Positions 10,805 to 19,973 of a DNA stretch of 64,000 nucleotides are shown piece by piece; within the stretch, counting starts at the first letter, position 1; each line of letters starts with the position of its first letter. The notes beneath the pieces were generated by a model. The model was given only the letters and a program-made list of their open reading frames with translations, was not told where the DNA came from and did not search any database. Source of the stretch: Acidobacteriota bacterium (GTDB lineage Bacteria; Acidobacteriota; Vicinamibacteria; Vicinamibacterales; UBA2999). The translations under genes and the position numbers were made by a program. The stretch lies in contig JANMDX010000256.1 of NCBI GenBank assembly GCA_031376505.1, forward strand, positions 8,682-72,681, in the 5' to 3' direction.

Positions 10805-11146
10805 CCGGGGCCGGACGACGCCGAGGGCAAGACTCGCTGATTGGCGCTTCAGAAGCCAGGAAACCGCAGCAGTCAATTCCCCGTTCTAGTAGACTATTGT
10901 TGTCGTCCCTGCGCACCTTTCGGAGGCTGCGGCGGGTCGAAAATTGGCAGTTCTCGCAGGGTTGGAAGCCCCCCCCAGGCGCCTGGCCCTCAGGGAACTG
11001 CCGAAGCCGGCGGTTGAGGTGCTTACGGCCTGAGTCTTGCTTAAGGCAAGGCTGGGCCCGACATTTCACCTGCTGGCGAAGGCCAAGCAGCCCCAGAAGC
11101 TCTCTGCCATGAGCGTCTGGTCACTGGGCCGATACGAGGACGACCG

Positions 11147-12217
11147 ATGTTGGCCGCAACTGCCGAAGCACAACTGATTGGGGATAGCCCCGCCGTCGCC
11201 GATCTCCGCACGGACATCGAGCGCACGGCACGGTCCGACGCCAAGGTGCTCATCACCGGGGAGAGCGGCGTGGGCAAGGAGCTGGTCGCACGGTCCGTAC
11301 ACGCCCACAGCTCGCGGGCGTCGAAGCCGTTTGTGGCGGTCAACTGCGCGGGCCTGCCGGAGACACTGCTCGAATCGGAACTGTTCGGGCACGTCAAGGG
11401 CAGCTTCACGGGCGCCTACCGTGACAAGCAAGGCAAGCTTGAAATGGCCGACGGCGGCACGCTCTTTCTCGATGAAGTCGGCGAGATGACCCTGCGCATG
11501 CAGGGCCTGCTGCTGCGTTTCCTCGAAACCGGCGAGTTGCAGAAGGTCGGCGCCGACCGGGTGCGCGCTACCGTCAGCATCCGCGTCATCGCCGCGACCA
11601 ATCGCAACCTGCGCGAGCTCATCGCGCAGCAGGCGTTCCGCGAAGACTTGTTCTACCGGCTCAACGTGATTCACCTGCTGGTGCCGCCCCTACGCGAGCG
11701 ACGCACCGACATTCCCGACCTCGTGCAGCGCTTTCTGCTGCGCAGCAGCGCGACTGGCCACTACGCGATGCGGTCGGTATCGCCAGAGGCCATGGACGCT
11801 CTGTGCAAGTACTCCTGGCCCGGCAACGTGCGCGAACTGCAGAACCTCGTCGAGCGGCTCGTCGTGACCTGCCAGCGCGAGATCGCGCTGCCCGACGACC
11901 TCCCGCCGGAGATCCGGCTGCTGCCCTTCGGCGCTTATCGGCCGCGGCGCGAACGCCGGCGCACGGTGTCCGACGAGCTGTACCAGAAGCTCGTCGACAC
12001 CGGCGAGTCGTTCTGGACGCTCGTCTATCCGCTCTACATGCAGCGTGAGATCACCAGAGGCCATCTGCGCGACCTCGTGCGGAAGGGCCTTCAGGAGGCC
12101 CGCGGCAACTATCGGATCGTCGTGCGCATCTTCAATATGCCGACGGGCGACTACAAACGGTTCCTCAACTTCCTGCGCACTCACGAGTGCCAGGTCTCGT
12201 TCAAGGAGTTCCGATGA
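11147..12217 (+). CDS. Sigma-54-dependent transcriptional activator without receiver/sensor domain (paralog 1)
   Basis: The AAA+ domain starts about 10 residues from the N-terminus: Walker A GESGVGKE, Walker [10 protein letters not shown], sigma-54 contact loop [26 protein letters not shown]-terminal HTH-like tail [25 protein letters not shown]. Confidence 0.9.
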   Translation: MLAATAEAQLIGDSPAVADLRTDIERTARSDAKVLITGESGVGKELVARSVHAHSSRASKPFVAVNCAGLPETLLESELFGHVKGSFTGAYRDKQGKLEMADGGTLFLDEVGEMTLRMQGLLLRFLETGELQKVGADRVRATVSIRVIAATNRNLRELIAQQAFREDLFYRLNVIHLLVPPLRERRTDIPDLVQRFLLRSSATGHYAMRSVSPEAMDALCKYSWPGNVRELQNLVERLVVTCQREIALPDDLPPEIRLLPFGAYRPRRERRRTVSDELYQKLVDTGESFWTLVYPLYMQREITRGHLRDLVRKGLQEARGNYRIVVRIFNMPTGDYKRFLNFLRTHECQVSFKEFR

Positions 12218-12855
12218 CGGCCCCCATGTTCGCAATCCTGTCGCTGTGCGCGTCGGTGTCCGTGTCGGCGCAGTCGAGCGGAGCACCAGTGCCCCGCCAG
12301 CCGGCGCCCGCGACGGCGGCCGCCCAGAAGCCGCCGGCAGTGCCGGACATACCTGACGGCGTCACGCCGCCGTCCGACTACGTGATCGGAGCCGAAGACG
12401 TGCTCGACATCATCGTCTGGCGCGAAAAAGACCTTTCGGCCGAAGTCATGGTGCGCCCCGACGGGCTGGTCTCACTGCCGCTGCTGAACGACGTGCAGGC
12501 CGGCGGACTCTCGGTGGAGCAGTTCCGCGAGCGCGTCGCCACCGCGGTCGCCAAGTTTGTCGAGTCACCGAGCGTGACGGTGATCGTGAAGACGATCAAC
12601 AGCCGCAAGGTGTACGTCATGGGCGAAGTCATGAAGCCCGGCCCCTATCCTCTGACCGCGCCAACCACCGTGCTGCAGTTGCTCGCAGCCGCGGGCGGAC
12701 CGACGCCGTTTGCGGACGTGAAAGACATCAGCATCGTGCGCACCGTCGGGGCCAAGACCGTGCGTCTGCCCTTCAACTACAAGGAAGTGGCACGCGGCCG
12801 GAAGATCGAGCAGAACGTGCTGCTTCGTCCCGGCGACACGGTGATTATCCCATGA
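12214..12855 (+). CDS. Polysaccharide export protein (Wza/EpsE-like, periplasmic/OM)
   Basis: Signal peptide MTAPMFAILSLCASVSVSAQ. Poly_export-type motif (YVIGAEDVLDIIVWREKDLSAEVMVRPDGLVSLPLLNDVQAGGLS) followed by an SLBB-like part. The ATG at 12214 overlaps the previous stop (ATGA). Confidence 0.9.
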   Translation: MTAPMFAILSLCASVSVSAQSSGAPVPRQPAPATAAAQKPPAVPDIPDGVTPPSDYVIGAEDVLDIIVWREKDLSAEVMVRPDGLVSLPLLNDVQAGGLSVEQFRERVATAVAKFVESPSVTVIVKTINSRKVYVMGEVMKPGPYPLTAPTTVLQLLAAAGGPTPFADVKDISIVRTVGAKTVRLPFNYKEVARGRKIEQNVLLRPGDTVIIP

Positions 12856-14132
12856 CGTCTTGTCGAGGCCTGATCGGTTTGGCGATCGTTGGATGCAGCC
12901 TCGCGATCGCGGACGCCGAAGCACAAACCGCGCGGCCGCCATCGTCAGGCCTTCAGGCCACTGGAAACATCTACGGCGGGTACGACGCCCCCCTCTTCGA
13001 CAACACCTCCACCAACGCCTTCAATCCCACGGGTCAGGGATTCGCTGGCGGAGATGTGAATCTAGACTACTTCCGGCCGGGCCGCCGGGTGTCGCTGGGG
13101 ACTGCGGTGATGGCGTCGAATCGGTACTACCCCGACTCCACGCCGTCGACGGCACCTTCGTACGTCGCGTCGCTCTCGCTCAGTTCTGTGAGTCGAGGAC
13201 GCTGGTCCTGGGTACTCGGACAGTACGCACAGTACGCTCCACTGTCGGCCGCCACGCTGTTTGCCGGCGGAGCGGCGAACCCGTCGCTGGGTGGCACTCT
13301 GAGCGGGGCGATTCTGGCTGGATCCACGAATTTTCAGATCTCGACCATTCGCCAGGTGGATATCAATACCGCGGCCAACGTGGCCTACTCCGTCAGCCGC
13401 CGGACGCAGGTGTCGCTGGCTACCATCGTCGGAACTCAGCTGCAAATCGACTCCACGCAGCCGAACGCGGTTCGGTATGACGGGCGCGTACGACTCTCAC
13501 GAGAAGTGACACGCAACATGCGGGCCTATGTCGGGTACGGACTGGCTGAGGTGCGCGTCCCGGCCCGGGGCGCGGCCCCAAGCTTCGCGACGCGGATTGA
13601 TGGCTACGACTTTGGAATCGACTTCTCGCGGCCGTTCCAACTGACACGAAACACGACCATCGGCATTCGAACGGGCGTCGTCAAGGTGCCCAATGCCGGC
13701 CGGTCTGAATTCACGGCGGTCGGGGCCGCAACCCTCGACTACAAGGTGACGGGCAGCTGGAGCGCCCAGCTCGCCGCCACTCGCGATGCGCGTTTCGTGC
13801 AGGCGTATCGAAACGCCGTGGTGTTCTCCGGCGTTTCGCTGTCAGTCGGCGGGCAGCTCGCGACCCGCCTGGGCGCCGCGCTAAACGCCAATTACTCATC
13901 GGGGCGCATCAACATCGCGCCCGCGCCTGTCGAATTCGACTCGGCCTCGACCTCCGCGCGGTTGCGATACGACGTCACGCGGACGGCTGGACTGTTCGCG
14001 GAATACAACCTGTTCCGGTCGCGCTTCGACGCGAGCAGCTCGCTATCTGGATACCCGACCGGGGCGTTCGGACGCCACGGTGTGCGCGCTGGACTGTCCC
14101 TTGGGGTCAGCCCGTTCAGTAGACGACCCTAG
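12852..14132 (+). CDS. Putative outer-membrane beta-barrel protein of the EPS locus
   Basis: Signal peptide (MTSCRGLIGLAIVGCSLAIADAEA). Alternating, Gly/Ser/Thr/Tyr-rich composition typical of OM barrels. Its position between the exporter and chain-length genes matches PEP-CTERM loci. ATGA overlap with the previous gene. Confidence 0.6.
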   Translation: MTSCRGLIGLAIVGCSLAIADAEAQTARPPSSGLQATGNIYGGYDAPLFDNTSTNAFNPTGQGFAGGDVNLDYFRPGRRVSLGTAVMASNRYYPDSTPSTAPSYVASLSLSSVSRGRWSWVLGQYAQYAPLSAATLFAGGAANPSLGGTLSGAILAGSTNFQISTIRQVDINTAANVAYSVSRRTQVSLATIVGTQLQIDSTQPNAVRYDGRVRLSREVTRNMRAYVGYGLAEVRVPARGAAPSFATRIDGYDFGIDFSRPFQLTRNTTIGIRTGVVKVPNAGRSEFTAVGAATLDYKVTGSWSAQLAATRDARFVQAYRNAVVFSGVSLSVGGQLATRLGAALNANYSSGRINIAPAPVEFDSASTSARLRYDVTRTAGLFAEYNLFRSRFDASSSLSGYPTGAFGRHGVRAGLSLGVSPFSRRP

Positions 14133-14150
14133 GTTTCGGAGACGACTGCC

Positions 14151-15719
14151 ATGCTGCCCGGAAAACACTATAAGTTCGACGATGTCGCCAGAATCGCCTG
14201 GCGAGGCAAGTGGCTGGTGATCGCGCCGGCCATCGTGACGTCGGTGCTGGCCGCGACCTACTTGCGCTTCGTGCCCGACGTCTACCGCGCCGATACGACG
14301 ATTCTGGTGGTGGCGCAACGCGTGCCGGACATCTACGTGAAGTCCACCGTCACGTCGAACATCCAACTCCGCCTGCAGTCCATCAGCCCGCAAATCCTCA
14401 GCCGCTCGCGGCTCGAACCCATCCTCTTGGATCTCAACCTGTATCCCGACCGCCGTCAGCGTGAACCGATGGAGGACGTGATCGCCTACATGCGCAGGCA
14501 GGTCGAAGTCATCACGTTGCGCGGCGACGCGTTCATGGTGGCTTACCAGTCCGAGAGCCCCGTGCTCGCGCAGCAGGTCACCGAACGTCTGGCCTCGCTC
14601 TTCATCGAGGAGAACCTGCGCGATCGCGAAGTGCAAGCGGAGCAGACAGGGCAGTTTCTCGAGTCGCAGCTGATCGACGCGCGCAAGCGGCTGATTGAGC
14701 ACGAGAAGCGACTCGAGGGGTTCCGAATGCGGAACGCTGACAGCCTGCCTGCTCAGGCGCAGAACAACTTCCAGGCCGTGCAAACGCTGCAGATGGAGGC
14801 GCAGGGCATCACCGACTCGCTCGAGCGTGACCGCGACCGCCGCCTGATCATCGAGCGATCGCTTGCCGACATCGGCGCCGTCCCCGACGACGCCCAGGGC
14901 AGTACTGCTCCGGTCGATCCCGGTGGCAGTGCCTCGACGGGGCCGGCCGCCACGGAGCTGGCCACTGCGAGGGAGGCACTGCGCAACTTGCGGACGCGGC
15001 TGAAGCCGGAGCACCCCGACGTGATCCGCGGCGAGCGCATCGTCGTGGAACTGGAGCAGAAGGCGCGCCAGGAGCAGGCGGCCATGGCGGCGGCCGCCGC
15101 CGGCGCGTCACCCACATCGACCTCCGTGCCCATGTCCGCCTCGGAGCGCCGCGCGCGAGCGCTTCGCGACGAGATGACCCAGATCTCCGCGACCATCCGC
15201 ACCAAGGAGGTCCGCCTCGCGAAGCTCCAGGACGAGCTGGCCAACTACCGGAGCCGGCTCGATGCGGCGCCGGCTCGAGAGTCGGAAATGACCGAATTGA
15301 TGCGCGACTACGGTACGCTCCAGTCCACGTATCAGAACCTTCTCGCCAAGCGCGAGGAGTCGAAGATCGCGACCAACGTCGAACGCCGTCAGATCGGCGA
15401 GCAGTTTCGGGTGCTCGACCCGCCGCGGCGGCCCGAGCGTCCCTACTCGCCCAATCGGCCGCTGGTGCAGGCCGCAGGTACTCTGCTCGGTCTGCTCCTG
15501 GGACTCGGCGTGATCGTGCTGCTCGAAATCCGTGACCAGACGTTGCACAAGGAAGCCGACGTGCTCGAGACCCTCGACCTTCCCGTCCTCGCCACCGTGC
15601 CGCGCATGCGCAACGCCGACGAGCGCCGCACGCATCTTCGGCAAGTGTTGGGATTGTCAGGCGCCGCCGTGGGCGGCATCGGCGTAGCGATCGCCATTGC
15701 CTGGAGCTGGCTCCGCTAA
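14151..15719 (+). CDS. Polysaccharide chain-length determinant protein (Wzz/EpsF-like)
   Basis: N-terminal TM (WLVIAPAIVTSVLAATYL), Wzz motif region, a long coiled-coil periplasmic part, and a C-terminal TM (LLGLLLGLGVIVLL). GGAGA Shine-Dalgarno sequence upstream. Confidence 0.85.
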   Translation: MLPGKHYKFDDVARIAWRGKWLVIAPAIVTSVLAATYLRFVPDVYRADTTILVVAQRVPDIYVKSTVTSNIQLRLQSISPQILSRSRLEPILLDLNLYPDRRQREPMEDVIAYMRRQVEVITLRGDAFMVAYQSESPVLAQQVTERLASLFIEENLRDREVQAEQTGQFLESQLIDARKRLIEHEKRLEGFRMRNADSLPAQAQNNFQAVQTLQMEAQGITDSLERDRDRRLIIERSLADIGAVPDDAQGSTAPVDPGGSASTGPAATELATAREALRNLRTRLKPEHPDVIRGERIVVELEQKARQEQAAMAAAAAGASPTSTSVPMSASERRARALRDEMTQISATIRTKEVRLAKLQDELANYRSRLDAAPARESEMTELMRDYGTLQSTYQNLLAKREESKIATNVERRQIGEQFRVLDPPRRPERPYSPNRPLVQAAGTLLGLLLGLGVIVLLEIRDQTLHKEADVLETLDLPVLATVPRMRNADERRTHLRQVLGLSGAAVGGIGVAIAIAWSWLR

Positions 15720-15733
15720 GCAACGCCACCACC

Positions 15734-16789
15734 ATGTATCACGAGTATTACGGGCTGACGGAACGCCCCTTCGACCTCACGCCGAACGCGAGATACCTGT
15801 ACCTCACGCCGATGCACCGCGAGGCGCTGGCGGCCGTTCAGTACGGCATTACGTCTCGACGCGGCATCATCGTCGTCACGGGCGAGGCTGGTACCGGCAA
15901 GACGACCATCGTGCGCGCGGCGCTGCGGGCCCTGCGAGGCGAGAACGTCCGACAGACGTACCTGAACAACCCGACGCTCACCCGCGACGAGTTCCTCCAG
16001 TTCCTCACGAAGGCATTCCGGCTCGGCGCCGACGCGGCCGAATCGAAGACCGACCTGCTCTCGAAGCTGACCGCCAGTCTGGCCAAGTCTCATGCGGCCG
16101 GGCAGGTGACGGCGCTTGTCGTCGACGAAGCGCAGAGCCTTCCGCACGAACTGCTCGAGGAGATCCGCCTGCTTGCAAACATCGAGACGTCGACGGCCAA
16201 GCTCCTGCAGGTCGTGCTCGTAGGACAGCCCGAGCTGGCCGATCGGCTCAACGACACGTCGTTGCGTCAGTTGAAACAGCGCGTCGCCATCCGCGCGACA
16301 CTGCGGCCACTCGACCTCCGCGCCACGGCGGCCCTTATCGCAGGCCGGATCCGGGTCGCTGGGGGGAATCCTCCCGAGGTCTTCACGCCTGCAGCGGTTG
16401 AGCTGGTCTACCGATACTCTGGAGGAGTGGCTCGCACGATCAACGTCATCTGTGACAACGCGCTCTTGAGCGGGTTTGCCGCGGAACAGCGGCCTGTGGG
16501 GCCGGTCATCGTCGAAGAAGTGTCCCGCGACTTCGATCTGGTTGCCAAAGCCGCGCCGGAGCGGCCCCAGTCGCGGACGCCGCAATCGGCTGACGCACCG
16601 CGTCCCACACTTGGCACCAGACCAGAGGGCGCGGCGGTGCCCGCGCGGCCGGCCGACGGGTCGGGTGGCCCCCCGGCGCCAGCGCTGACGGCCGGAGGGG
16701 CAATGATCGCGCCTGACGACGCCGGTTCGCGCGATCTCTTTACCAGCTTCGGCAAGCGCCGGTGGTTTTCGTTCAGGAAGAAATCATGA
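15734..16789 (+). CDS. ExeA-like AAA ATPase (putative secretion ATPase of PEP-CTERM loci)
   Basis: MYHEYYGLTERPFDLTPNARYLYLTPMHREAL, then Walker A GEAGTGKTT and Walker B LVVDEAQ. Low-complexity Pro/Ala tail. Confidence 0.85.
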   Translation: MYHEYYGLTERPFDLTPNARYLYLTPMHREALAAVQYGITSRRGIIVVTGEAGTGKTTIVRAALRALRGENVRQTYLNNPTLTRDEFLQFLTKAFRLGADAAESKTDLLSKLTASLAKSHAAGQVTALVVDEAQSLPHELLEEIRLLANIETSTAKLLQVVLVGQPELADRLNDTSLRQLKQRVAIRATLRPLDLRATAALIAGRIRVAGGNPPEVFTPAAVELVYRYSGGVARTINVICDNALLSGFAAEQRPVGPVIVEEVSRDFDLVAKAAPERPQSRTPQSADAPRPTLGTRPEGAAVPARPADGSGGPPAPALTAGGAMIAPDDAGSRDLFTSFGKRRWFSFRKKS

Positions 16790-17655
16790 GTCGTTTTGGA
16801 AAGGCCCTCGATCGCGCCAACAACGGACCCTTGGCGTCCCCAACGACGGCGCTTGCGCCCAGCGAGGCGCCGGACGCGTCGTTGTTCGACGCCGCGTGGG
16901 ACGTCACTGAGCCCGCGCCAGCCTCGGCCCGTCGAGTCACGCCGCCGGCGGCACCTGCAGTAGGGCCTGTGGGCATCAATTTCCATCCAGCGCTGGCGGA
17001 GAAGGTGGTCGCGGCCAACGGGGCGCCCACGGTGGCCCTGGAGCAATACCGGCGGCTCGCCGGCCGCCTGCACCAATGGCAACTGGACCACGAGGGCAAG
17101 CTCATCATGATCGTGAGCGCGGTGGCCGGCGAAGGCAAGACGTTGACATCGGTCAACCTCGCGCTGACGCTGAGTGGCTCGTACCAGCGGCGTGTGCTGC
17201 TCATCGACTGCGATTTGCGTCGGCCCACCGTGCACGCGGCGTTTCAGATTCCAAGCTCGCCAGGAGTGGCCGATATCGTTACGCGCGACGAGATACCCGT
17301 CGTGCGCGTGAGCGAGCGTCTCTCGGTCGTGCCGGCGGGGCACATGGACGGCGATCCCATGGGGGTGCTCACGTCCGACGCCATGACGGCCCTGCTCGTG
17401 CAGGCGCGGCGCGAGTACGACTGGGTGTTGCTCGACACCGCGCCGCTCGCGGCGCTGCCCGATGCGAATCTTCTGGCGGATCACGTGGACGGCGCAGTGC
17501 TGGTCGTGTCGGCAGGACGCACGGAATTCGCCCTCGTCGAGACGGCCGTGAAGGTGATCGGCCGCGAACGTCTGCTCGGTGTGGTGCTGAACGGCGTGGA
17601 TCCCAGGGACATGACCACGGCGAACTATCACGCCGACTACTACGGGAGGCGGTAG
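16786..17655 (+). CDS. Bacterial tyrosine (BY) kinase, CpsD/EpsG-like
   Basis: Walker A AVAGEGKT, Walker A' LLIDCDLRRP, Walker B VLLDTAP, and a C-terminal Tyr cluster (NYHADYYG). The ATG at 16786 overlaps the previous stop (ATGA). Confidence 0.85.
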   Translation: MSRFGKALDRANNGPLASPTTALAPSEAPDASLFDAAWDVTEPAPASARRVTPPAAPAVGPVGINFHPALAEKVVAANGAPTVALEQYRRLAGRLHQWQLDHEGKLIMIVSAVAGEGKTLTSVNLALTLSGSYQRRVLLIDCDLRRPTVHAAFQIPSSPGVADIVTRDEIPVVRVSERLSVVPAGHMDGDPMGVLTSDAMTALLVQARREYDWVLLDTAPLAALPDANLLADHVDGAVLVVSAGRTEFALVETAVKVIGRERLLGVVLNGVDPRDMTTANYHADYYGRR

Positions 17656-17682
17656 CACCCGCGCCGCCGGGTCCATTCACGC

Positions 17683-19071
17683 ATGACAGGTCAACTAAGC
17701 ACCAGGACGCCGTTCCTGATGCTGCTCGAGACGGTGATGATCGTGCTCGCGGTGGCGCTCGCGGCCGCGATCCGTCTGGGCGGGGCAGCTGCCGTCGATG
17801 TGCTGACGACGCCGCTTGGGCTGGCACGCGCTGGCGTCGTTGCGGCCACGTGCCAGCTCTGTCTGTTCTTTGCCGACATGTACGACCTTCGGGTGGTGGC
17901 TGACCGTCGCGAGCTGTTCGTGCGGCTGCTCAGGTCGCTGGCCGCCACCGCCGGTATTCTGGCGGTCGTCTACTACTGGTTCCCCCTGCTCATCGTGGGC
18001 CGGGGCGTGTTCCTGCTCACCACCGCGTTTGTCATCATCGCCATTCTGCTGTCGCGCGTCGGGTTCACGTGGGCCACCGCGCAGGTGCGGCCCGGAGAAC
18101 GCCTGCTGCTGATCGGCACGACCCCGGCGGCCGTCGCGCTGGCGCAGGAGATCCACGAGCGGCAGGCGGAGCTCGGCGTCGAGATCGTGGGGTTCGTCGA
18201 CTCGGATCCCGCCAAGGTCGGCGCGGTGCTCTTCAATCCCGGGATCATCGGCACCATCGAGGACATTCCGCACATCGTCAAGAGCCGCGAGGTCGACCGT
18301 GTGGTGGTGAGCCTCATCGACGCGCGCGGACGCCTGAACATGGACAAGCTGCTCGAGATCAAGCTGAGCGGCGTCACCTTCGATCATCTCGCCACGGTCT
18401 ACGAGGAGTACACCGGAAAGATCGCCGTCGAGAACCTGCGCCCGAGCTGGATGATCTTCTCCGAGGGCTTCCGCAAATCGCGCGTGCAGGTGGTGACCAA
18501 GCGCGCGCTTGACCTCGTGGCGTCGTCGCTCGGACTGTTGCTGGCGGCGCCCATCGCGCTCGTGGTCATGGCGCTCATCAAGCTCACGTCGCAGGGGCCG
18601 GTGTTCTATCGGCAGGAGCGCGTCGGCCAGCACGGGCGTACCTTCACCGTCTTGAAGTTCCGCTCGATGCGGGTGGACGCGGAGGAGACGACGGGCCCGG
18701 TCTGGGCACAGAAGAACGATACGCGGGCCACTCGGGTAGGCCGCGTCCTCCGGCGCACGCGCCTCGATGAAATACCGCAGCTCTGGAACGCCCTGCGCGG
18801 TGACATGAGCATGGTGGGCCCGCGGCCCGAACGTCCGGGCTTCGTGGCCGACCTCACGAAGCAGATCCCGTTTTACGGCCAGCGGCACGTCGTCAAGCCG
18901 GGCGTCACCGGGTGGGCCCAGGTGCGCTACACCTACGGCGCGAGCACGGAAGATGCTCTTCAGAAGCTGCAGTACGACCTCTACTACATCAAGAACATGT
19001 CGGTGGCTCTCGACATCTTCGTCATGGTCCAGACGGTGAAGACCGTGCTGCTGCGCCGAGGGGCGTCATGA
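17683..19071 (+). CDS. Undecaprenyl-phosphate sugar phosphotransferase (WbaP/EpsB-like priming transferase)
   Basis: Multiple N-terminal TM helices and a central Rossmann-like segment. C-terminal bacterial sugar-transferase domain (KRALDLVASS...GPVFYRQERVG..G..F...KFRSM...DEIPQLWNALRGDMSMVGPRP). Confidence 0.9.
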   Translation: MTGQLSTRTPFLMLLETVMIVLAVALAAAIRLGGAAAVDVLTTPLGLARAGVVAATCQLCLFFADMYDLRVVADRRELFVRLLRSLAATAGILAVVYYWFPLLIVGRGVFLLTTAFVIIAILLSRVGFTWATAQVRPGERLLLIGTTPAAVALAQEIHERQAELGVEIVGFVDSDPAKVGAVLFNPGIIGTIEDIPHIVKSREVDRVVVSLIDARGRLNMDKLLEIKLSGVTFDHLATVYEEYTGKIAVENLRPSWMIFSEGFRKSRVQVVTKRALDLVASSLGLLLAAPIALVVMALIKLTSQGPVFYRQERVGQHGRTFTVLKFRSMRVDAEETTGPVWAQKNDTRATRVGRVLRRTRLDEIPQLWNALRGDMSMVGPRPERPGFVADLTKQIPFYGQRHVVKPGVTGWAQVRYTYGASTEDALQKLQYDLYYIKNMSVALDIFVMVQTVKTVLLRRGAS

Positions 19072-19973
19072 GTAGGCCGCCGGCAGGGGCCGCCGGCATC
19101 CAGAACGCGATGACGATCGATGTGGAAGATTACTTTCACGTCAGCAACTTTGAAGGGGTCGTCGCGCGCGAGTCGTGGGCGTCGCGCGAGAGTCGCGTAG
19201 AGGCGAACACCGACCGGCTGCTCGAGTTGTTCGACGGCGCGGGCGTGCACGCGACGTTCTTCGTACTGGCCTGGGTGGCGGAACGAACGCCGGCCCTCGT
19301 GCGTCGGATCAGCGACGGCGGACACGAGGTCGCGTCACACGGCTACGCGCATCGCTTGATCTACGACCAGACGCCTGACGATTTTCGAGACGATGTGCGC
19401 GTCGCCAAGCGGACGCTCGAGGACACGTCCGGCCAGCCCGTGGACGGGTATCGCGCGCCGAGCTTCTCGGTCACCGCGCGGTCGCTCTGGGCGCTCGATG
19501 TGCTCATCGAGGAAGGCTACAAGTACGACTCCAGCATCTTTCCGATCCATCACGACCGGTACGGGATTCCCGACGCGGAACGCCATGCGGGGATCGTGCG
19601 ACGGCCGTCCGGGTCGATCATCGAGGTGCCGGCCTCGACAGTACGAGTGGGAGGCATGAACTTCCCCATCGGCGGCGGCGGCTACTTCCGCATGTTGCCC
19701 TACCAGTGGACACGGTGGGGCATCCAGCGGGTAAATGACACCGAAGCCGCGCCCACGGTGTTCTACCTGCACCCCTGGGAGATCGATCCCGGCCAACCGC
19801 GCCTGGCGGGCAGCTGGCTTGGACGGCTGCGTCACTATCGCAATCTGCACGCTACCGAGGCGCGGCTGGAACGGCTCCTGCGCGACTTCCCGTTTGGCAC
19901 GATGCGGTCGCTCATCGACGGTGCGCCTTTGCCGGATCTGACGGTCGGCGCGCAGCTTCCGGCATCGAGGTGA
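19068..19973 (+). CDS. Polysaccharide deacetylase family protein (PEP-CTERM-locus type)
   Basis: MTIDVEDYFHVSNFEG..., ATFFVLAWVAER, EVASHGYAH: NodB-type motifs. The ATG at 19068 overlaps the previous stop (ATGA). Confidence 0.9.
   Translation: MSRPPAGAAGIQNAMTIDVEDYFHVSNFEGVVARESWASRESRVEANTDRLLELFDGAGVHATFFVLAWVAERTPALVRRISDGGHEVASHGYAHRLIYDQTPDDFRDDVRVAKRTLEDTSGQPVDGYRAPSFSVTARSLWALDVLIEEGYKYDSSIFPIHHDRYGIPDAERHAGIVRRPSGSIIEVPASTVRVGGMNFPIGGGGYFRMLPYQWTRWGIQRVNDTEAAPTVFYLHPWEIDPGQPRLAGSWLGRLRHYRNLHATEARLERLLRDFPFGTMRSLIDGAPLPDLTVGAQLPASR

Noticed and set aside
10945-10959. TGGCAGTTCTCGCAG (and TGGCGAAGGCCAAGC near 11074) upstream of the first activator gene
   Set aside because: In the first motif the GC dinucleotide is displaced by two positions. 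The second has correct spacing, but its -24 and -12 cores are poor (TGGCG / AAGC).
10805-11146. 342-bp non-coding gap inspected for tRNA/sRNA, small ORF (10897..11112) or promoter
   Set aside because: No cloverleaf or convincing structured RNA was found, and the small ORF is Arg/Pro/Trp-rich and unconvincing. The short palindromes present (CCAGGCGCCTGG, CTTGC-TTAAG-GCAAG) are not interpretable without comparative data.
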